DNA of 64,000 bases from Podarcis gaigeae (lineage: Eukaryota), in NCBI GenBank assembly GCA_964106915.2, contig OZ066925.1. One strand, given 5' to 3'. This document shows, one piece after another, positions 11,923-25,760 of this stretch; position 1 is the first letter of the stretch; the number at the start of each line of letters is the position of its first letter. The notes beneath the pieces are model-generated. The model was not told the DNA's origin and did not search any database. It worked only from the letters and a program-made list of their open reading frames with translations. The position numbers and the translations under genes were made by a program.

Positions 11923-13443
11923 ATGATAGTAACTAATAAAACCATGTCCTTGTACAGTCAAACACAGTCAACCATCCTGTTGTATATAATATGCAAATCA
12001 TGGCCATTATTGATAACACGGTTGACTCCTAACTTCCTGTTCTGGCTGAAGGAAGCCTTGAGAAGAGAGTGCAGCAGTTATATACTGACTAAGGTAGTAC
12101 TTGAGAACAGACCAGAAAATGTATAGTAGGGCAATTGCTACAAAGCTGCGATGGGCCAGGAGTCAGTTTTGCCTGAAGGGGGAGAAGGCAGAGTGACCCC
12201 ACCTGCAGTTGATCAGGACACAAAGAAGAAGGTGCTGATGAGAACCACCTGGCTTCAGCCTTCTTATGCAGAGTATCCAACAGCAGTCAGATGCTGGTAA
12301 CAATCCTTGTAGTTCCTGGTCCTGCCTTACTGTTGCCTGCTTGTCTTCATCCTTGACCCCCTGGCCATCAGATTCCCTGACTCCTGGACCATTTAACCAT
12401 GTGGATTGCTGTTAACCCGACCCTAGGACTGGACCTAATTTTGGGTGCTGACTCTGCCCCCAGACAAATAAACCTTGGAGACAGCTGGCCTCCCATTCAT
12501 TCTATTGAGCTTTGTACATTGCTGCTCATCAACAAGACTATGACAAAAGCTGGAAAGTCCTAGTTCAAGACAGAGATCTACCTGACACCCTTGATTTCCT
12601 CCCACATTTCAAGTGTGATGATACCTCTTAGAAGGAACACAGCTTATCAGACAGAAGAGAGCACCCTGCTCCTGGCCGAAAGCCATCCAGGTGAGAATCT
12701 CAGCTGATATTCATGATGTTGGTCTATCCCCTTGCTGACCTTTTGAACTGTAAGTGCTCCAGCTTCCCAAAGGAAGGCATGCAGAGCCCAAGGGGATGTT
12801 TTCAAAGCAATGCCCAGGGTTGTAGGCATGTGACTCAGGTTGTTAAGACCTCTGCGATGCTTTGAAAACTTATCCTCGTATGTCAATTCTCCTTTCTGGC
12901 AAAAGAATGAAAAACAGACCTTCAAGGCTGATCTTTATTTAGTTTTTTTTTTTTAAAATGGAAAGCACTCAGTATAATATGCTAATAAATCAACTACCTA
13001 GCATGCTTGGCCTTTCCTTCCCCGATCATACATTTTATCATTGACTTTGATTTTACAAAGAATTATGGAAACCTGCACTTTCTACTGACACCAGATGCCT
13101 GTAGGGAGTCCCCGGAGTGTGCAGGACTAGATTTTGACTTTTGTGCAAAAGGAAGAATTAAGATTTCAAAGCTTTAAGCTTGGGCCCGAGTTTCAGTACA
13201 TCATGTACTGCTATGAGCTGAATCTATTATTCTGAATATATCCCATTATTATTATGTTTGGACACACTTGGAATACAAGTGTGTTCATCTACAATTCCTA
13301 TATTTTTGCTATTTGTGCAGCTCTCAATCTTCAGCATTTCCACTGAGTATCCATAGTTCTAGGGACTTGGGAGCAAAGAGATATGCTTTGTGTCTTTATA
13401 GGGTTTGCTCCCTTGCTGATGCTTATATATTCCTGATGCTATA

Positions 13444-13658
13444 CAGTGGTACCTCGGGTTACAGACGCTTCAGGTTACAGACTCCACTAACCCAGAAATA
13501 GTACCTTGGGTTAAGAACTTTGCTTCAGGATGAGAACAGAAATCATGTGGCAGCAACGGGAGGCCCCATTAGCTAAAGTGGTACCTCAGTTTAAGAACAG
13601 TTTCAGGTTAAGAACGGACCTCCAGAGCAAATTAAGTTCTTAACCTGAGGTACCACTG
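13444..13658 (+). mobile_element. Tc1/mariner (Tigger/pogo-like) MITE
   Basis: TIR CAGTGGTACCTC...GAGGTACCACTG flanked by TA on both sides. Confidence 0.9.
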
Positions 13659-14048
13659 TAACTATCTTAAGCTTTAAGGGAGAGAGCTCAGTATGTGACA
13701 CATCTGTATGAAAGCTGCTGAAGGAAATGTAAGAAGCAACAACACAGAAGTCAGAAGCCAAGAGAAACTATGATGTCCATTACTGATGCAAAGATAGTCC
13801 CATTTCCTTGAAAAGGGCATTATGCTTGGATAAATTTGGTCAACATCTATGTGAGATGGCTAAATGTCATATTGATCTTATCTTGATGCAAGTCTGTAAA
13901 TAGTGTGTCGCTTTGAGTCATTTATGTGTAAAGCAAAACAGTAGTAGAAGTTGTAGTAATTAATAATGTTACAAAAGTTGGGAGTCACTGCCAAGTGGTA
14001 GCCAGATTTTGGCTCCCCACTCTCTGCCCAGGCCCAAGATTCCTCTTA

Positions 14049-14306
14049 GAAGAAGAAGAGGAGGAGTAGTTTGGATTTGATATCCCGCTTTATCACTACC
14101 CGAAGGAGTCTCAAAGCGGCTAACATTCTCCTTTCCCTTCCTCCCCCACAACAAACACTCTGTGAGGTGAGTGGGGCTGAGAGACTTCAGAGAAGTGTGA
14201 CTAGCCCAAGGTCACCCAGCAGCTGCATGTGGAGGAGCGGAGAGGCGAACCCGGTTCACCAGATTACGAGTCTACTGCTCTTAACCACTACATCACACTG
14301 GCTCTC
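14049..14306 (-). mobile_element. Squam3-type SINE
   Basis: Full-length copy closely similar to 3239-3493. Confidence 0.88.
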
Positions 14307-14518
14307 TTAGATGGTCTATCAACACTTTCTGTCGTGTTAATACCTCTATCCCAGATGAGGCACTGGCTTGGAAAGGAAGCTTAGCCTGTATTTTTTCCAC
14401 TGGCCTGCAATCTTCCCTTCAATGCTGCAAATAATTAAAATCCTACCATTTTTTAAATATCTAGGGTTCAGGGGAGTTCCCCCAAACGTATAACCACGAC
14501 AATATAGACATTAATAGA

Positions 14519-14664
14519 GGGATAGCTCAGTAGCCAGGGCATGAGATTCTTAATCTCAGTGTTGTGGGTTCAAGACCCACATTGGGCAAAAGATTCCTAC
14601 ATTGCAGGGGGTTAGACTAGATGGCCCTTGTGGTCCCTTCCAACTCTACAATTCTATGATTCTA
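14519..14664 (+). mobile_element. tRNA-Lys(CTT)-derived SINE with CR1-LINE 3' tail (possibly Squam2-like)
   Basis: Head gatagctcag...catgagattcttaatctcagtgttgtgggttcaagacccacattgggc aligns by eye to vertebrate tRNA-Lys-CTT. Tail ggtcccttccaactctacaattctatgattct is the CR1 3' end. Confidence 0.8.
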
Positions 14665-15520
14665 AGAATGCACCTATTCAATTCGGCTGCAGCCTTAACG
14701 TGCCCCCCTCCGAAAAAAGGAATGAACATTAGTACAGTCACTGATATGTCTCTAAATCTTAGGGAGAACCTTGTCCCATATTGAGTCCTCATGGCTCTTA
14801 AGACGAGCCTTCCTGATAGCACCATCTTTGCACCAGCTAACATCTGGAAAGGCATATAGCAAAGCATTCTCAACAGTGGCCCCAAGGTTGTGGTATTTGC
14901 TCCTAGGGAAGGTTGCCAGAGCCCCACATTACAAGCTTTTCCCAAACACTATTAAGCATTTTGGCTTTGGAAAGCTTTAAGAGGCCCGTGCAACTGGTTC
15001 TGCTGGCGATAAAGCCTTGCAGTTTTCTTTTTGTCTAGCCTGTGGATTATGGCTTGTTGCTCAAAACTCGAAATGTTGTTGTAAACTGATCTGAGTTTTT
15101 CCGAAGAGAATAAACGCGCCGTATATCAAAATAATAAATAACAATGCATTCCTCATAGTGCTGATATCCGTTCGACTGCACGAATCGCCTTGCAAAGAAG
15201 AGGGGATATAAAAAGAGCGGTCTTTTTCTGTGCTTCAGAAGTTAAACTGCCTGACGACTTCAAATGGGTTTCCTTTCACGAATTCAGTCAAGACAGAGAG
15301 TGTGACGTGGAAGGCTGGCTAATTTGACAGGAGCCCCAAGTGTTAATCTGGAATCCATCATGTAAATGAAAGGGTAGCACAGCTGCTGCTGTATGAGAGA
15401 CATGTCCCAGGATGTCTTGCTACTAGAAATGTTTTCTTTGAGTAGTTTCTTCTCTGTCATAATAAAATACTTCTCCACCCCAACCTGCTCCAAAAATTAG
15501 GGCTCCATTGATTTTCTAGT

Positions 15521-15905
15521 AAAAAGGTAAAGGTAAAGGACCCCTGACAGTTAAATCCCATCGCGGACAATTCTGGGGTTGCAGCACTCATCTCGCTTTA
15601 CAGGCCGAGGGAGCCGGCACTTGTCAGCAGACAGTTTTTCCAGGTCATGTGGCCAGCATGACTAAGCCACTTCTGGTGCAATGGAACACTGAAACCAGAG
15701 CAGCGCACAGAAACGCCGTTTACCTTCCCGCCAGAGCGGTACCTATTTATCTACTTGCACTTTTGGGTGTGCTTTCGAACTGCTAGGTTAGCAGGAGCTG
15801 GGACCGAGCAATGGGATCTCATGCCATCACAGGGATTCGAACTGCCGACCTTCTGATTGGCAAGCCCAAGAGGCTCAGTGGTTTAGACCACAGCGCCACC
15901 CGTGC
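15521..15905 (-). mobile_element. Sauria SINE (Squam1)
   Basis: (TTTACC)n tail, central GCAAGTAGATAAATAGGTACC and AGTCATGCTGGCCACATGACC motifs, tRNA-like head. Confidence 0.92.
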
Positions 15906-17223
15906 TTGGGGTTAATGAATAGCTGACTTATAGGATAGAACTCGATGTGATGATGGCAGGTTTGCCTGTTTAAAAACCAGTCAGACCAAATAACGTACAA
16001 TGTGGGGTCTGGTGTATGGAGTGGGGGTGGAATCTAGTTTTAAAACAATAGGTAAGTGAGTGGTATTAAACCTCACCACCTACTTTTGCCTTTCCCAGTG
16101 CTTTTTTATCAGCGAGAATCAATTATAGGATTAGAACCCTTGTAAAGTAAAGGTGAGGTTGGGGTATGTGTGTCTGAGCATCATTCATTTGTGCATTGTG
16201 ATGCCGTTTGATTTTAACCCACACCACTTTGTATATCATTGGGACTAACCTGTTTTTTAAAAAAACAAAGAACACCAAACCAACCAGATGTGCCGCTTGG
16301 GGATAGACAGATATCTCAATTTTGGATTCACTCCACTTCTTATTTTCAAACTCTTAAGTTCCCTTCTCCAAAGTCCCACATCAGTTTTCATGTTTTTAAG
16401 TGATCACGAAAATTCACCAGAATTTGAGTGCAAATTTCTCCAAATATACCCATATTTGTATGCTCTTTTGCCAAATGTTCTCATTTTTTGCAAATTAACT
16501 CCGCTGAATGTGATGCATTTTGTAAGCTATTTTCAAAAATATATGTGCATTTTTAATGTATATTTTACCTTGCATATGTGTGTTTTTGTAAACATTAAAT
16601 GTGGTTGTAGAACTGCATTGCAAAATTCAGAGAAGTGTGAATTTTATAGGGTCTGTATTGTTTCAGAAATAGCAACTTACGTAGGCTCACATTTAAATAG
16701 AAACTAAATCAAATTTATTTCCCATCTCTAGTGCCACTGTTACATCTCCTCTCATGACTTAGAGAAAGTGAGTGTATTAGACAGGGCTGTTGGTCAGAGT
16801 TTGTTTTGCTGGGCCCTTGCTGAGGCCCACTGCACTGATCCCCAGAGCGGCCTGTTTCTGCTGCTCCTCTTTCTCTTTGCTGTTGTTGCATGTTCACCTG
16901 CTCTCTCTTAGTGCATGAACAGTGAGAAGAGCAAGGAGAAGCAGCAATAGCTCCCACTTGAAACACCTTGCCTTTCTTGGCAGTGGTATGCACTGTTGCA
17001 GAGGGAGATGACAAGAAAATGGGTAGTCGAAGGGTGCTCTCAACACCAATTCTAAATATTCTAGGGTTCAGGGTAAACAAACAATATTCTGGGTTTCAGG
17101 GTGAACAAGCCATACTGTAGTTCTTTAAACAACTACAAACAAAACCAGGAATCTTTACAGTATTAATAGTTGCCACAAAAAGAAAGGATCCAACTGTCTA
17201 CCCCATGTTTTCATGGCAAGTCT

Positions 17224-17441
17224 TTGTTGTTTAGTCATTTAGTCGTGTCCAACTTTTCGTGACCCCATGGACCAGAGCACGCCAGGCTCTCCTGTCTTCC
17301 ACTGCCTCCCGCAGTTTGGTCAAACTCATGCTGGTAGCATCAACAACACTATCCAACCATCTCATCCTCTGTTGTCCCCTTCTCCTTGTGCCCAACATCA
17401 GGGTCTTTTCCAGAGAGTCTTCTCTTCTCATGATGTGGCCA
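17224..17441 (-). mobile_element. Bov-B LINE 3' fragment
   Basis: MRREDSLEKTLMLG...RWLDSV...KLREAVEDRRAWRALVHGVTKS, TSD aagtct. Confidence 0.92.
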
Positions 17442-19559
17442 AAGTCTAGTCACCCCAAAACCTAAGCCCTATGCCAACTCAATAGGATGACCCAACAGAC
17501 CTTCAGTAGTGATACCTGTTTGTTCCTCCTCAAATGCTTGCCGGTTGGTCTCCAGGCATGAGGAAAACGGGAGGTTGTTTCTCAGTTTCCCAGCAGCTAT
17601 ACCCAGGCTATGAGCTACAGGTCAAATGGAGGTGTATTTCTAGTTTCTATGGAGGGTATTACTAGCATTTGGAAATGTTCATAAATGTTTTGTTTAGTTG
17701 ATATCATTAAAACATGGATGATTTGAGTAACTTAATTAAGTTTTCTTGGAAGCTGGCGTTAGTAGATTTTGTGTGTGCCTTTGTCCATATATATAAATGT
17801 ACAAACATGATTGCTGCAGATAAAAGTTAGGCAACATAAAATAATCCATACACATGAGGCTGGACTCTTTGTAGCATAGGTTGATCTGAACATTGTTCAG
17901 GCATCTGATATTCCAAAAGGAAGGTCTGAATAATGGATGGGAACAAGGAAACTCTTCAAATGGCAACTTTCCACAACTGTATTCAATTTTAGGTAATGGC
18001 ATTATTTAATTGTATTCCACTTTCTGGTAAATTTTATTTCCAAATTTCATTTTCATATTGTTTCTATTATGTATCCCTAGGGGATGTAACCAAGACAAGT
18101 AGTTTCAAAATATTAAGAGACAGAAATTTATTAAAAGAATACGGATGCTGGTCTAAGAACCAAGGTCAGAGAAAGGAGGCCTGAATCAAATCCCACTACA
18201 ATTTAACTGAAATGCCCTCATTGATCTAAATGGGCACTGGATCAGGCCCTAAAACTGTGATAGAGCATTAGCTCAATGGTCAGTATCTGTGTCTTGTGGA
18301 CCAGGGCTAGACAACCACTGTATTTTGGATAGTCAATTTATTCTCCCACCTGGCACTAAGAGCTGTGAAATCAGGCACTAAGAAACTCACATTCTTAACA
18401 ACAACAACAATATTTGAAAATAACTAAAATAATTGTAGTTTGTCAAAATGGTTTTAAGCAGCTACCTAAATTTTAACCTGCCAATTGTCTACCCGACTCT
18501 AGGCAGTTCAGAGTAAGGCTTGAAACTTTAAGACGGGAAAGACTGTGTGTGTAGAAATGCATATCCACAGGTCACTTGTACATGTGATGTGGAACTATCC
18601 CAGGAAATTTGCATTGTAGACCAATGGCCACATTGATTTTATCACAGCATGTCTGCATCGTGTCAGGAGTGATATCAGCAAGCAAATCTCGTCTGCGTTC
18701 TTGTTCCTACATGAAAAGGAAGATCCTGCCTTTCCCACTTGCCTTCCACAATCTACAGTATATTGAACTTGTGGGACTGCGTTTCCAAACAGCACAAGAG
18801 GAAAGTTCTCTTACATTCATGATGTGCTAGATCATAGTTTGTACAGTAGGAGCAAACCTACTAGTGCTTTCTAGGTATATTAGCTCAAGCCTCTCAGGTT
18901 CCATTTAGAACAAGGATGAAGAACCAACTCCCATCAGCTCTAAGCAACATGGCCAGTGGTCAGAGATGGCCAAACAACATCTGGAAGGCTACAACATCCC
19001 AGTCCCTAACTTAGAACCCAAAACTCTATATCGAAGTGCATAAGCAGCTGGCTCACGAAAGCTCCTGCTATGACTCATCCTCTATTGTCCTTAATTACTT
19101 AAAATCATTCTTTGCTCTGTGTATGACCCCTCCTGGAAGGAAACAATCAAAGCTTCCTCAGTTTCATGGAGCTAAGTAGTCACCTCCCTAGGTATGGTTA
19201 TTTAATCTTTGCTATTTCAACTGTTCCGTAAGACCCATTCTCACCTGAATCAATCAGTTGTGATCAGTTCAAGATGTAACTGTAAACAGGCTTTGTTCTC
19301 TGTAAGCAACTGCACACAAAAAAAACCCTATGTTAAGTCTTTGGGTTGCAAACCTGTATTTAAACTTGGAAAACCTAAGTGCTTTTCTTTGCCACAGAGG
19401 CACTCTGCTACTCCCTTAGCCAAGACATCCTACCTTGCCCAGAATGCAGGTAATAAACTAATGGCTAGCAGAAAGCTCTCTGTGGCCCCTGTTCTCATCT
19501 TCCTGGGATCTTGATCCTCAGTAATCCATTCCCTTTTCCTCTGAGGTGCTCTTGTACCA

Positions 19560-20350
19560 AGCATCTGGTGGGTGCTGGATCTAGATTTAGAGAATAGCAT
19601 TGAGGGACTTCTCCTTGCCCCCATGGCAGTTGTGTTGTGGGGTCCCATCTTGTTCCCCATGCTATTCAACACTGGGGAAGATAAATGGAGGCTTTGGAGT
19701 GAAGAGTACCCAATATGAAGATGACACCCAACTTCTTGTCACCTGAATCCAGTGAAGCTGTGCACAGAGCTGTCTTAAGCATATATGGTGCGGGGTGCAA
19801 AGATCCGCCCAGCGCCCCCCCCAGTTGCCCAGTCTCAGGCATGCAGGAGGGCAGAGCCACCCGCCCACCCCAGCATCTCGCTGGCTCGGTCGCCCCCAAA
19901 CTCTTCTGCCTGCAAAAGAGCCCACTGCGGCGCTCCGACTGACAGGCGGGCTCTTCCCCAGACTCAAATCTTGGGCCCCGGACTCTTAGCCCGGCACCCC
20001 TGAGAGCCTGGTGCCCGGATGCCCCGCACCCCTAGCACCTATGGGTAAGATGGCCTTGGCTGTGCAGGGGCTGGATCTTTGTCTGGAGGCAGTAATGGGC
20101 TAAACGAGGTCCACTAATTTGAGGCTGAATCCCAACAAGACCCAGAGATTGCTGGGTCTTAATTTGCCAGTTCTGGATGGGGTGCACTCCCTTTCAAAGG
20201 AACATGTGCATAGTTTGGGGGGATTTACCTAGCTCTGTTACTGAAGGCCAAAGTAGCATCAGTTGTACTGAGTGCCTATTTTCAGCTTCAGCTGGTTTTC
20301 CAGGTAGTCATTATAATTCCTAGACAGAGATCGCCTGCTCACAGTGCTTC
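19560..20350 (+). mobile_element. Degraded L2 LINE reverse-transcriptase fragment, split by a MITE
   Basis: caatatgaagatgacacccaactt reads QYEDDTQL (decayed QYADDTQL RT motif). ctgaatcccaacaagac..gag after the MITE resembles LNP.KTE. Confidence 0.7.
19765..20058. mobile_element. GC-rich hAT MITE
   Basis: Imperfect TIR cagagctgtctta / taagatggccttg, perfect 8-bp TSD gctgtgca (19757-19764 / 20059-20066). Confidence 0.85.
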
Positions 20351-20530
20351 ATGATTGATGGAAGGAGAAGATCGAATCTGATACCCTCACTGAATCAAGG
20401 AGGGATGCTGTTTAGGCCAATGAATCTTTGGGCCAAGGAGACTAGAGCCCATGCATCTGCATTCAGTGCAAAGCTCAGTAGGAGAACAAGTGCAGAAGCC
20501 CTCGAGGTTTAGTCTTCAGTACCTCTAAGC

Positions 20531-20667
20531 CATGCATGGCCAAACCTGGTCCTCCAGATGTTTATGGGACTACAACTCCCATCATCCCTAGCTAACAGGA
20601 CCAGTGGTCAGGGATGATGGGAACTGTAGTCCCAAAACATCTGGAGGGCCAAGTTTGGCCATGCCTG
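20531..20667. mobile_element. Palindromic hAT-like MITE ('ggactacaactcccatcatccc' family)
   Basis: Near-perfect fold-back. Related copies at 28378-28509, 31387-31523, 56136-56254, 43017-43150, 18911-19007 and about 32615-32745. Confidence 0.82.
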
Positions 20668-21587
20668 CTAAGCTAAAAGAACCTGGGAGCAAATTATGGG
20701 ATGGCAATGAAGGTGGTTTCTCAGCATGGCTAATCCATCCCTAACCCCTGTGATTTTCCCATATATGGGCAACTCAACTGCATGATTTGTCTGCCTGAGA
20801 CCCAAGAAAGCTGTTGCTATTCAGATTAGATGGACTGGCCTGGTATAAAGCAGTTTCCTACATTCCTAATTCACTTTGTGCATTGATGCTAAATGTGCCA
20901 AATTTCTGTGCAAATCTGGAAAAGAGAATCTACTTCAAGAAGGTGAACAAAGCTCTCTCTCTGAAGTCTGTTCCATGACTCATTCCTACTGAGGTAAGAA
21001 AGCAGGTTTGAACTGCTTCCACAGTTGTCTGGAGACCTGGTACAAGAATGAATTACAGATATTATTTATCTATTGTAGTAAAACAAAACAAAAATCACCA
21101 GGAACATTTACCACTAGTATCTTTCCATGAACCAGGTTTTTTTTTGGGGGGGATGTATTATTATTATTATTATTATTATTCAAGAAACAGACTAATTTGA
21201 AATACCTCGGAAACTCATTCCAGATTTTTGTCTGGCAGAAAGCAAACTGCAACATTTCATCTCCACGCTGTCCTTATGGTGACTGATGGGTCAGTTCTGT
21301 ATGAAGAGTGAGCCTTCTCCCGAGTTAGCTGGGACATCTGCAAATCATTGGCCGAATCAGAAAACTACAAATTCACAACAGTTATGCTCTCTCAAGTTGT
21401 ATTTGATATTTCCTGTTTTTAAGGTTACCTTGGTATCTGACACATAGGCTGTTAAACAGCTGTACCATCCGATTCTGATCAGCCGTCTCTTTGATCAGTT
21501 ATCTTGTCATGATTAACCAATTGGGGGCTAACAGGGATGAGGGACACAACAGTTCTTTTTATTTTTTTATTTCTGGAAAAATCTTGA

Positions 21588-21740
21588 ACAGGAAGCTGCC
21601 TAATACTGAGTCAGATCATTATTCCATTATTGTTTCCACTGATTGGCAATGTCTCTCCAGAGTTTCAGAGCTTTTCACAGGTGAAGATGCCAGAGACTGA
21701 ACATGGGGCTTTCTGCATACCACTGAGCCACAGCCCTTCC
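21588..21740 (-). mobile_element. Old tRNA-derived squamate SINE (degraded)
   Basis: Tail aggaagctgcctaatactgagtcaga, head accactgagccacagcc. Related pieces at 23240-23812 and 36170-36270. Confidence 0.55.
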
Positions 21741-21992
21741 CAAATATTTAATAACATATTTCCTTCTTCCTAGAGAGCATGAGCTGCAGAATATCTGCAT
21801 TAAGATCTGTGCACTTGCCTACAATCTTATCTAGCAGTGGGGCCCCTTCCCTTCAATTAAGATGAATCTTATTCATGTAATTCTTAGCATCAGGTTGTTC
21901 TGAGTTTGATAAATGTCAGTGATGAATTAGTAGGGAACAGGATGGCTGGTCTGAGAGGCTACTATTTCTGTGCTCCCCTCCCTCCCTCCCTC

Positions 21993-22020
21993 CACACACA
22001 CACACACACACACACACACA
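21993..22020. repeat. (CA)n microsatellite
   Basis: About 14 CA units. Confidence 0.95.
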
Positions 22021-23281
22021 ATGCCCTTCCCTGTACCACATTTTCCCTTTGGCCCCGTGTAATTTGTGCGTAAAAGCTCTTCCTCAAATAAAAACAGAGT
22101 AAATTATAGAGTAAATAAAAAACTAAGAGCCATTCACCATGATTTGCAAAGCAAATGACGGTAGTCATTTGCTTTGCCTAGTTTGGTCATTTATCTTTCC
22201 TGAGGAAGCCAAGGGAAAATTCAAGGATACACAAATCTCCAGAGTGGCTCACCATTACAACATTCGCAAAACGATAATTAAAAAAACACTCAGACCAAAA
22301 TAAAACCTTTTGTCCAATCATAAGAAACAACCAATTGTCACCAAAAAGTCCAATAAAGCATCCAAAACAATAACAGAAGCAACAAAAATAAAGCATCAGA
22401 AATTAATAACCAAGCAATAAGAGCAACAGTACTAAATAAGACATTCAACCATAAATAAACACTAAACACTGTGGTGAATAGAATTAAGCTCACAACCAAA
22501 TGCTAGCACAGGAACTTCCCTACCTAACATGGACGACAGTCCATATATGGGTTCTGCCACACCCTCCAACTGTAGCAATTTGATTGGTGGATGAGTACCT
22601 TGCTTTTATCACTATGTACCAACATGTATTTAGCTGGTAGAAATGTCAGCGCTTTTTTGTTTGCTTTTTGCTTTGACCCCAGGCTAGCACCCCTGGCAAC
22701 ATAAATGGGAGCCTTTGGAGGCGACCTTTATTCTACACAATAAAACAACATATGTAATTGGTACCCGTTTTGTTGCGAGAGGTCAAGCCATCTTCCTCCA
22801 AGGTACCAGCCGAGTGCTGCGATTTTCTCAGCAATGAAATCGAAATGTTTTGTTGCTAGGGAAATGCAATTATTCTCCCTCCACCTCTGCTGGCACTTCA
22901 GCAATGTCTACACCTGTGCCATTTGGGTCCTTTTGAAAACTTTACTCCATTTTTATTAGGGTTTTTAAAAACCTCCTTTAGAAGTTGAGCGTTTACTTAC
23001 TATGCCACACAAGCACAGAAGTGCTCAGGTAGGCCATTAAAACTCGCACTTGGAAAACACAAGCAAGGGAATTTCTGTTCTTCGAGGATTTTGTGAAACA
23101 TTCTCTAAAGACTCTGATTGGTTTCTTTCTAGCTCCAGAAAATGTATTGGCCCTGATTTATTTTACTTTTTAACCAAGTGATAAACAGGAATGCACTTCT
23201 GCCATAGCTATATTGTAGTATATAAACACTGGAAGGAGTACAGCTCAGTGGTAGACATTCGCACCAAAAAGTCTGAGGTTC

Positions 23282-23656
23282 TTTTTTTTAAAAAATTAAT
23301 TTTTATTAAATTTTCCATTTAACAATCCAATCATATCACATTAGTTATTCCAAATTATACCAATACATATCATTAAGTCCAGATATTTTGCCAAATTTTA
23401 ATTTTTTGTTGGGGGTTCCCATGCTTCGAGTTCAGTAAGGGTCCAATCATCTCATATTTCTGCTGCTTTTGGTGTTCACAAGTCCCATCTTCCAATCTTC
23501 TTGTTGTTATCGTTTTTCTTTTTAATAACCTCTGAGTTGTTTCCACAAGCGAGTTAAAGCAAGCATTATTATGTTTCTGTGTGAACTTTGTTAGGCTCTC
23601 CCTTTCTTTTCTTTTTAAAGCTGGTAAGTCTTTTATTTGCAGTAAATCATCTCACG
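23282..23656 (-). mobile_element. LINE (probably L1) 3'UTR insertion inside an old tRNA-SINE
   Basis: PolyT at the left end, 18-bp TSD ccaaaaagtctgaggttc (23264-23281 / 23657-23674). Host SINE head cagctcagtggtaga lies to the left and its tail to the right. Confidence 0.75.
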
Positions 23657-25217
23657 CCAAAAAGTCTGAGGTTCAGTCCTAGGTTCAAAAAGTCTGAGGT
23701 TCAGTCCTATGGGAAAGTTCTCTGCCTGAAGACCTGGAAAGCCGCTTCCTATCTATCTAAACAGTCTGAGCTAGATGGACCAGTGGTATGATTGATATAA
23801 ACAGCTTCCTATTTTGCCTAAAATAATGTTGTTGTTGCTCTTCTTGGGTCCTAATTCAAAACTGTAACCACTATACCACACTAGATTTCTTCCCTTGATC
23901 AGGGTTCTACTAAAGCATACATTTCTGTCTATCCATCTATCTAAGCATTATACTCTTAACTTGCTGTAAAACAGACTGGTCATTCCATGTGAAACGGAGA
24001 AATCTAATTCGGCAATCTTATCAATACCAAGCACTCAGAACTGTCAAAATTAAATTAATAACAAGATTGCTATAAAAACTCTTTATTTGTTACCACTTTA
24101 TTAGTTTTCTATACTGCTCTTTGTCCAAATATCACGGGGGTCGTTCAAAATATAGAAACACAAAAATACATGCCATAATAGCATACAAAAGCAATACTCT
24201 CAACATATTAATTAAATTTCTTTGTCAACCAAATGCTGCTAAATGGAAAAGTGCCTTAATTATAATCCAAGTTTTGAACATCAGCCGCAAAGCTGTATCC
24301 ATTCTCTTTATGGGATTATTCAGAGTCACAGTTTAAATCTGGTCCATTATAGAGTTCACTTGAACCATAGAGTTGTGTACTGGTGTGTACATTTTCCATT
24401 CTCTTGCAATGTACATTTGCTTCTGTTTCTCATTTGCTTCTCTCTCTCTCTTTTTCCTGTATAAAGAGAAACAACACCACAAACAATATTGGTCGTACGG
24501 ATGCATCTTGCAGCTCATGAAATGATAACAGCTGTTAAGAGGAACATGGACTGCACACTTTAGCAATATAGATGTGTTCTGCAATTGTGTCTGCTATAGC
24601 CGGTGGGGGAAAACACACTCAAATTTCCTTTAATCGGAACCATTTGTTGTAGAAGCAGTTCTAGATTTTGCTGTGTCTGTTTTCCTGGGTAACTTTGGAA
24701 TTTAAAACTCTTTGTCTGGCAGCCATGTGGCTGATCTCTATGACAACCTTGTAGTGAGGAGGTTAAAATGACTGGCTAGTGGAAAATTCTGGGAAATTAC
24801 CCATTTTCTGCCCCTGATCTCTCTCCCCCTCCTTTCCAAATCAAGTGAGCGGGGTGTGCCCTGTTGCCCCATTCCTCCACTGAAAATTTGCCCTCCCAAA
24901 CTGCTGTTTATCTGAAGGGGCAAAACAAGGGTGCTTCCAGACCATCATTCTTCTTGTGTGGGATTCAGGCAAATTTAGGCCATGCAAATAAAGTTTATTT
25001 GGAGCTCCCCTGCACCAGTGGTTTTCGTTTTTGTTTTTTAAGGCAAGAAAAGCAACAGGAAATTGCACTGGAAAATGGGGGATAACATATGCTTGGTAGA
25101 ACAGCATCATGCCTATTGACACAAGGCTGGTCCCCTTCCTGTACTCTTTTCAGTGCCTGCTAAAACCCTTTTTTGTTTAGGCAAGCTTCTCCAGACATCT
25201 CAAATGTTGACATGTGT

Positions 25218-25221
<4 letters not shown>

Positions 25222-25253
<32 letters not shown>
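25222..25253. repeat. (TG)n microsatellite within an old L2 tail
   Basis: About 16 TG units. Confidence 0.9.
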
Positions 25254-25255
<2 letters not shown>

Positions 25256-25334
25256 AGCTTATCACTGATTTAAATTATTTTATGAATGATTTAAATAGTT
25301 TTTAAAAATTAAATAATTTAATGTTAATGCATGC

Positions 25335-25760
25335 ATGAATGAATCTTTATTTGTGTCAGCCATCGGCCGTAGCAATAAAACAACAATACAATATACAATG
25401 AATAGAAATAAAAAGTCAATTATATAAAATACATTTTAGGGTTTTGAATCAATAGTCAAATAATGGATCTTATTCCGATTGCCCCAGCTAAAAACCTTGC
25501 AGCCTTTGCTGTCACCTGCTCATTTTGATTAGCCAAGAGAAAGGACACTGTGGCAGTGGTTGGGCGACCCAGAATGGACAATAAAAGAGGGGTGATAACC
25601 TCATTCCTCAAGTCTTTATAAAGCCCAGAAGCACATGCACCACTGATTTGGTACTGCCATCTCCATAGGGACATAAGCATTTTTCGTGTGGAATAGTCCC
25701 TTGAGTACAGCCGAGGGCAATATATTCAATCTTGCGAGAGTAAAAGCGGGTCTCTATGAA
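25335..25760 (-). mobile_element. LINE 3' fragment with CCHC C-terminus (RTE-X-like)
   Basis: Frameshifted minus-strand peptide pieces FTLARLN.LPSA / IPHEKCLCPYGDGST.SVVHVLL / LYKDLRNEVITPLL...VSFLL...FLAGAI, with a (TTCA)n tail. Second copy at 37874-38274. Confidence 0.65.

Noticed and set aside
12040-12470. Possible additional LTR ending in cccccagaca
   Set aside because: The composition is LTR-like, but I could not define a 5' end or a TSD.
14519-14590. tRNA-Lys gene (and tRNA-Ile gene at 62334-62410)
   Set aside because: Stems and A/B boxes are mutated and both run directly into a CR1 tail, so they are SINE heads.
17050-17110. Short direct duplications (also 56298-56347 and 60897-60935)
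   Set aside because: These are ordinary 20-28 bp slippage duplications with no further structure.
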